From Pseudomonadota bacterium (GTDB taxonomy: Bacteria > Myxococcota > JACRCW01 > JAFGSX01): a DNA stretch of 18,684 bases. The stretch lies in assembly GCA_043821645.1 (NCBI GenBank), contig JBDRCO010000107.1, positions 1-18,684 of the forward strand, written 5' to 3'. Within the stretch, counting starts at the first letter, position 1. The number at the start of each line of letters is the position of its first letter. The translations under genes were made by a program, and so were the position numbers. The notes beneath the pieces are model-generated. The model was not told the origin of the DNA. It was given only the letters and a program-made list of their open reading frames with translations, and made no database searches. Below are positions 16,016-18,684 of this stretch, piece by piece.

Positions 16016-17218
16016 TCACTGCGCCTCGAGGGCGCGCACTGTCTCCTTGCAGGTCTCGACCTCGGTCGGGTGCTGGTCGCCGGCGCAGCCGATGAATTGC
16101 CGGCAATAGGTCAGGGCCTTGTCCCTGTCCAGCACACGCCGGTAGTGCTCGCCCAGCTGGAACTGGGCCAGACAGTACTCGGGGTCGAGCTTGACCGTGT
16201 TCTCGCACTCGACCACGGCCATGTCGACCAGGCCCTTGGCAAAGAAGGCCAGGCACAGCCCGTAGTGAGCTGGAGCGTAGCCTGGATTCTGCTGGATCTG
16301 TTCGATGTAGCGCTTGATCGACTCGCTCTGCATCGACGCCCCCTTGTAGGCCAGGGGGAGCTCGTTGGCGCAGATGGGGTTGTCCTTGTTGGCAGCCAGA
16401 CACTGGATGAAGTGGAACAGCGCCTCATCGAAGCGACCCACCGCCAGGTACAGGTGCGCCAGGTTGCCGTGGCAGGTCTCGTGGGTCACGTCGATCTCGA
16501 GGCAGCGCTTGAAGTAGCGCTCGGCCTCCCCGGTGTGCTCTCGCTTCTTGTTCTCGGTGGTGGCGTTCTCGGCCCGGAAGGTCTCGATGACACCCATGTC
16601 GTGATAGGCGCCGGTGTGGGTCGGGGCCAGTTCGAAGATCTTCCTGTATTCGCGATCGGCCTTCTCGTACCACTCCAGTTCCTTGCTGAAGTCGCGCTTG
16701 TCCTCGGGTCGGCGCAGCTGCTCGCCGCGCTCGATCTGGCCCAGGCGCAGGTAGCACAGGGCCAGGTTGTAGCGTGCATCCATGTAGGCCGGATCGATCT
16801 CGACAGCGGAATCGAACATGCTGGCGGCCTTGGCGAAGTCCTCGTTCTTGAAATCCATGACCCCCAGGTTGTTGCGGGCCTGGGCGAAGTCGTTGTTGAA
16901 ACGGATGGCTTCCTTGAAGAAGCCGCGCGCCTTTTCGTCGACGCCACGGTAGTACCAGACCAGTCCCAGGCCATTGAGACATTCGGCGTTCTTGGGATCG
17001 TACTGCAGGCAGATCTCGCAGCGGGTCTCGGCGCGGTCAGGGTCCTGCTTCTCGAGATACTGCACGCAGGCCGCCTGGTTGCGCAGCATCTCGGGGTGTG
17101 CGCCGGCCTGTTCGGTGCAGGTGGCGCCGACCTGCAGGATCGCGAGAGCCAGGGCGGGCAAGGCCAGGGTGGCCCAGCGGAGCGCCCAGCGCAGCGTCGC
17201 CAGGGGTGTACGTCTCAT
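16016..17218 (-). CDS. Exported Cys-rich TPR protein, possible lipoprotein (PilF/PilW/Tgl-like N-terminal half)
   Basis: Basic-hydrophobic signal ending VGATC; TPR units AECLNGLG, AQARNNLG, DARYNLA, AYHDMG, CHGNLA, AHYGL, AQFQLG. SD GAGGA upstream of ATG 17218. Confidence 0.85.
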   Translation of the reverse strand: MRRTPLATLRWALRWATLALPALALAILQVGATCTEQAGAHPEMLRNQAACVQYLEKQDPDRAETRCEICLQYDPKNAECLNGLGLVWYYRGVDEKARGFFKEAIRFNNDFAQARNNLGVMDFKNEDFAKAASMFDSAVEIDPAYMDARYNLALCYLRLGQIERGEQLRRPEDKRDFSKELEWYEKADREYRKIFELAPTHTGAYHDMGVIETFRAENATTENKKREHTGEAERYFKRCLEIDVTHETCHGNLAHLYLAVGRFDEALFHFIQCLAANKDNPICANELPLAYKGASMQSESIKRYIEQIQQNPGYAPAHYGLCLAFFAKGLVDMAVVECENTVKLDPEYCLAQFQLGEHYRRVLDRDKALTYCRQFIGCAGDQHPTEVETCKETVRALEAQ

Positions 17219-17278
17219 GAATGGATCCTCTCGCACCGCGTCAAACGTGCGCCTCCGACGGAAGCGGAGACTGTTTCG

Positions 17279-17308
17279 ATATTAAGAATGGGGCGCCAGT
17301 AGTGTCAA
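17279..17308 (-). promoter_or_regulatory. Putative sigma70 promoter TTGACA-N18-TAATAT for the TPR-FHA-arginase operon
   Basis: TGTCAA (17303-17308) is a perfect TTGACA on -; ATATTA (17279-17284) is TAATAT on -; spacer 18 nt. Confidence 0.65.
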
Positions 17309-17380
17309 TGAAAGGGTACCCGACGCCCCGGGGCCGTGCTATCGAAGGAGCGTCCAGCGCAACGAGCAGGAGGAGATGCC

Positions 17381-18001
17381 ATGCTTCGTCACGCCTACCA
17401 TGTGTTGGGGATCGCCCTGCTGGCGTGGTCCACCACGGCCACGGCCCAGACCGCCGCGGAACCTGCAGCCACCAAGACAGCCCCCGCCAAGGTCGCACCC
17501 AAGACCGCAGGCAATCCCGTGGTCGTCATCGAGACCAGCAAGGGCCGCATCGTGGCCGAGCTGTTCCCGGACAAGGCGCCGCGCAGCGTCGAGAACTTCA
17601 TCGCGTACGCCGACGCCAAGTTCTACGACGGTCTGGTGTTTCACCGCGTCATCGATGGTTTCATGATCCAGGGCGGTGGCTACTCGGCAGATCTGCAGCC
17701 GCGCCAGGTGCGAGCGCCCATCCCCCTCGAGGCGGGGCGCGGCCTGTCCAACAAGCGTGGGACCCTGGCCCTGGCTCGCACCGCCGCCCCGGACAGCGCG
17801 ACCAGCCAGTTCTTCATCAACCTCGTCGATAACGACAGGCTGGATAGCTATGGCGGTGGCTACGCCGTGTTCGGCCGGGTCACCGAGGGCATGCAGGTCG
17901 TCGACGCCATTGCCAAGGTCAAGACAGCACCGCGGGCTGGACAGCAGGATGCGCCGGTGGAACCCGTCATCCTCAAGAGTGTTCGAGTGACCAAGCGCTA
18001 G
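17381..18001 (+). CDS. ppiA: Cyclophilin-type peptidyl-prolyl cis-trans isomerase, exported
   Basis: FHRVIDGFMIQGGG, RGTLALART, SATSQFFIN, GYAVFGRV. AGGAGGAG before ATG 17381; signal peptide ending ATA-Q. Confidence 0.92.
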   Translation: MLRHAYHVLGIALLAWSTTATAQTAAEPAATKTAPAKVAPKTAGNPVVVIETSKGRIVAELFPDKAPRSVENFIAYADAKFYDGLVFHRVIDGFMIQGGGYSADLQPRQVRAPIPLEAGRGLSNKRGTLALARTAAPDSATSQFFINLVDNDRLDSYGGGYAVFGRVTEGMQVVDAIAKVKTAPRAGQQDAPVEPVILKSVRVTKR

Positions 18002-18186
18002 GGGAGGACCTGCCGCTCGACCGGCAGCCCAGGTCTCTTGGCCTGGCGCGCGGACCCGCCCCGCAAGGCACGGCCGCCGCAACCTTGCCCAGACCTGAAC
18101 GACGAGCACGGGATCTGGTCGCCCGCAGGACCTTGAGGGTATGATGGGCCCACGCCGCGTTTCCGGCGGCGACCTGTGGAGCGGGC

Positions 18187-18684
18187 GTGAGTTACGAGTG
18201 CTCGCAATGCGGTTACACCTTCGACCCCTTCGAGGAGGAGGCCGCCGGACCGTTCAGTGACTGCCCGCGCTGTGGCGGCCTGGCTGTCGAACAGCAGGGC
18301 GCCCCCAAGCCCAGCCAGTTCGAGGCCACCGATCCCTTCGCGGAGCCCGAGGGTGAGATCGATCCCTTCGGTGGCAAGACCGGCGCCCTGCCGCTGTCGC
18401 CCAGTCTCTTTGGCAACTACTTCGTCGAGGCGGGTGGCCCCGGGGCTGCTCCTCCCGCGACGGCGCCCACCACGCCCTTCGAGCAGGTCGAGGACGAACC
18501 CCTGGGCACCGGTGACATTCACCGGGAACCGACCATGTTGTTGCCGGACGAGATGTCAGCGCCGCCACCGACCCGCCCGGCCCAGTCCCCGGCACGGCTG
18601 GCGCCTCGCGAGGTCACCATGCCGGGCCTGTCCCAGCAGAAGGTGCAGATCGCCGGTGCAGATCTGATGAACCCGGTGCCGCAG
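18187..18684 (+). CDS. Zinc-ribbon protein with Pro/acidic low-complexity region; 3'-truncated by the window edge
   Basis: Own translation from GTG 18187 (GGAG upstream): MSYECSQCGYTFDPFEEEAAGPFSDCPRCGG..., open to the window end with GC-rich third positions. Absent from the ORF track because it has no stop. Confidence 0.8.
   Translation, partial: MSYECSQCGYTFDPFEEEAAGPFSDCPRCGGLAVEQQGAPKPSQFEATDPFAEPEGEIDPFGGKTGALPLSPSLFGNYFVEAGGPGAAPPATAPTTPFEQVEDEPLGTGDIHREPTMLLPDEMSAPPPTRPAQSPARLAPREVTMPGLSQQKVQIAGADLMNPVPQ

Noticed and set aside
18002-18186. SRP (4.5S) RNA, 6S RNA or tRNA
   Set aside because: No SRP CAGG-GNRA-AGCA loop, no cloverleaf or T-loop, and shorter than typical 6S; kept only as an unassigned structure candidate.
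1-18684. CRISPR array, transposase, integrase, prophage or defence system
   Set aside because: No spaced direct repeats and no recognisable mobile-element or defence protein motifs.

Overview
High-GC bacterial chromosome segment. Long-form HPF, a tandem-FHA protein, a Cys-rich TPR protein and a low-complexity zinc-ribbon protein suggest Myxococcota or another deltaproteobacterium (inference). It holds about 17 real CDSs; most other ORFs in the track are GC-rich shadow frames. In order: (1) a 5'-truncated corrinoid methyl-transfer operon (non-pyrrolysine MttB-family methyltransferase, stand-alone MetH reactivation domain, corrinoid protein, homocysteine S-methyltransferase); (2) minus-strand rpoN-hpf-ptsN; (3) an orphan PhnD-like lipoprotein and a convergent tocopherol-cyclase/CrtC-like protein; (4) dacB and an MltD-like lytic transglycosylase; (5) a GH13 protein with degenerate catalytic motifs coupled to a minimal M50 protease; (6) a minus-strand TPR - double FHA - arginase-like operon; (7) an exported cyclophilin; (8) a 3'-truncated zinc-ribbon protein missing from the ORF track. 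No CRISPR array, tRNA, rRNA or mobile element was seen. Best candidates for an under-described system are the split methionine synthase in which MttB takes the place of the folate domain, and the pseudo-GH13/M50 pair. All calls are by-eye motif recognition; no searches were run.
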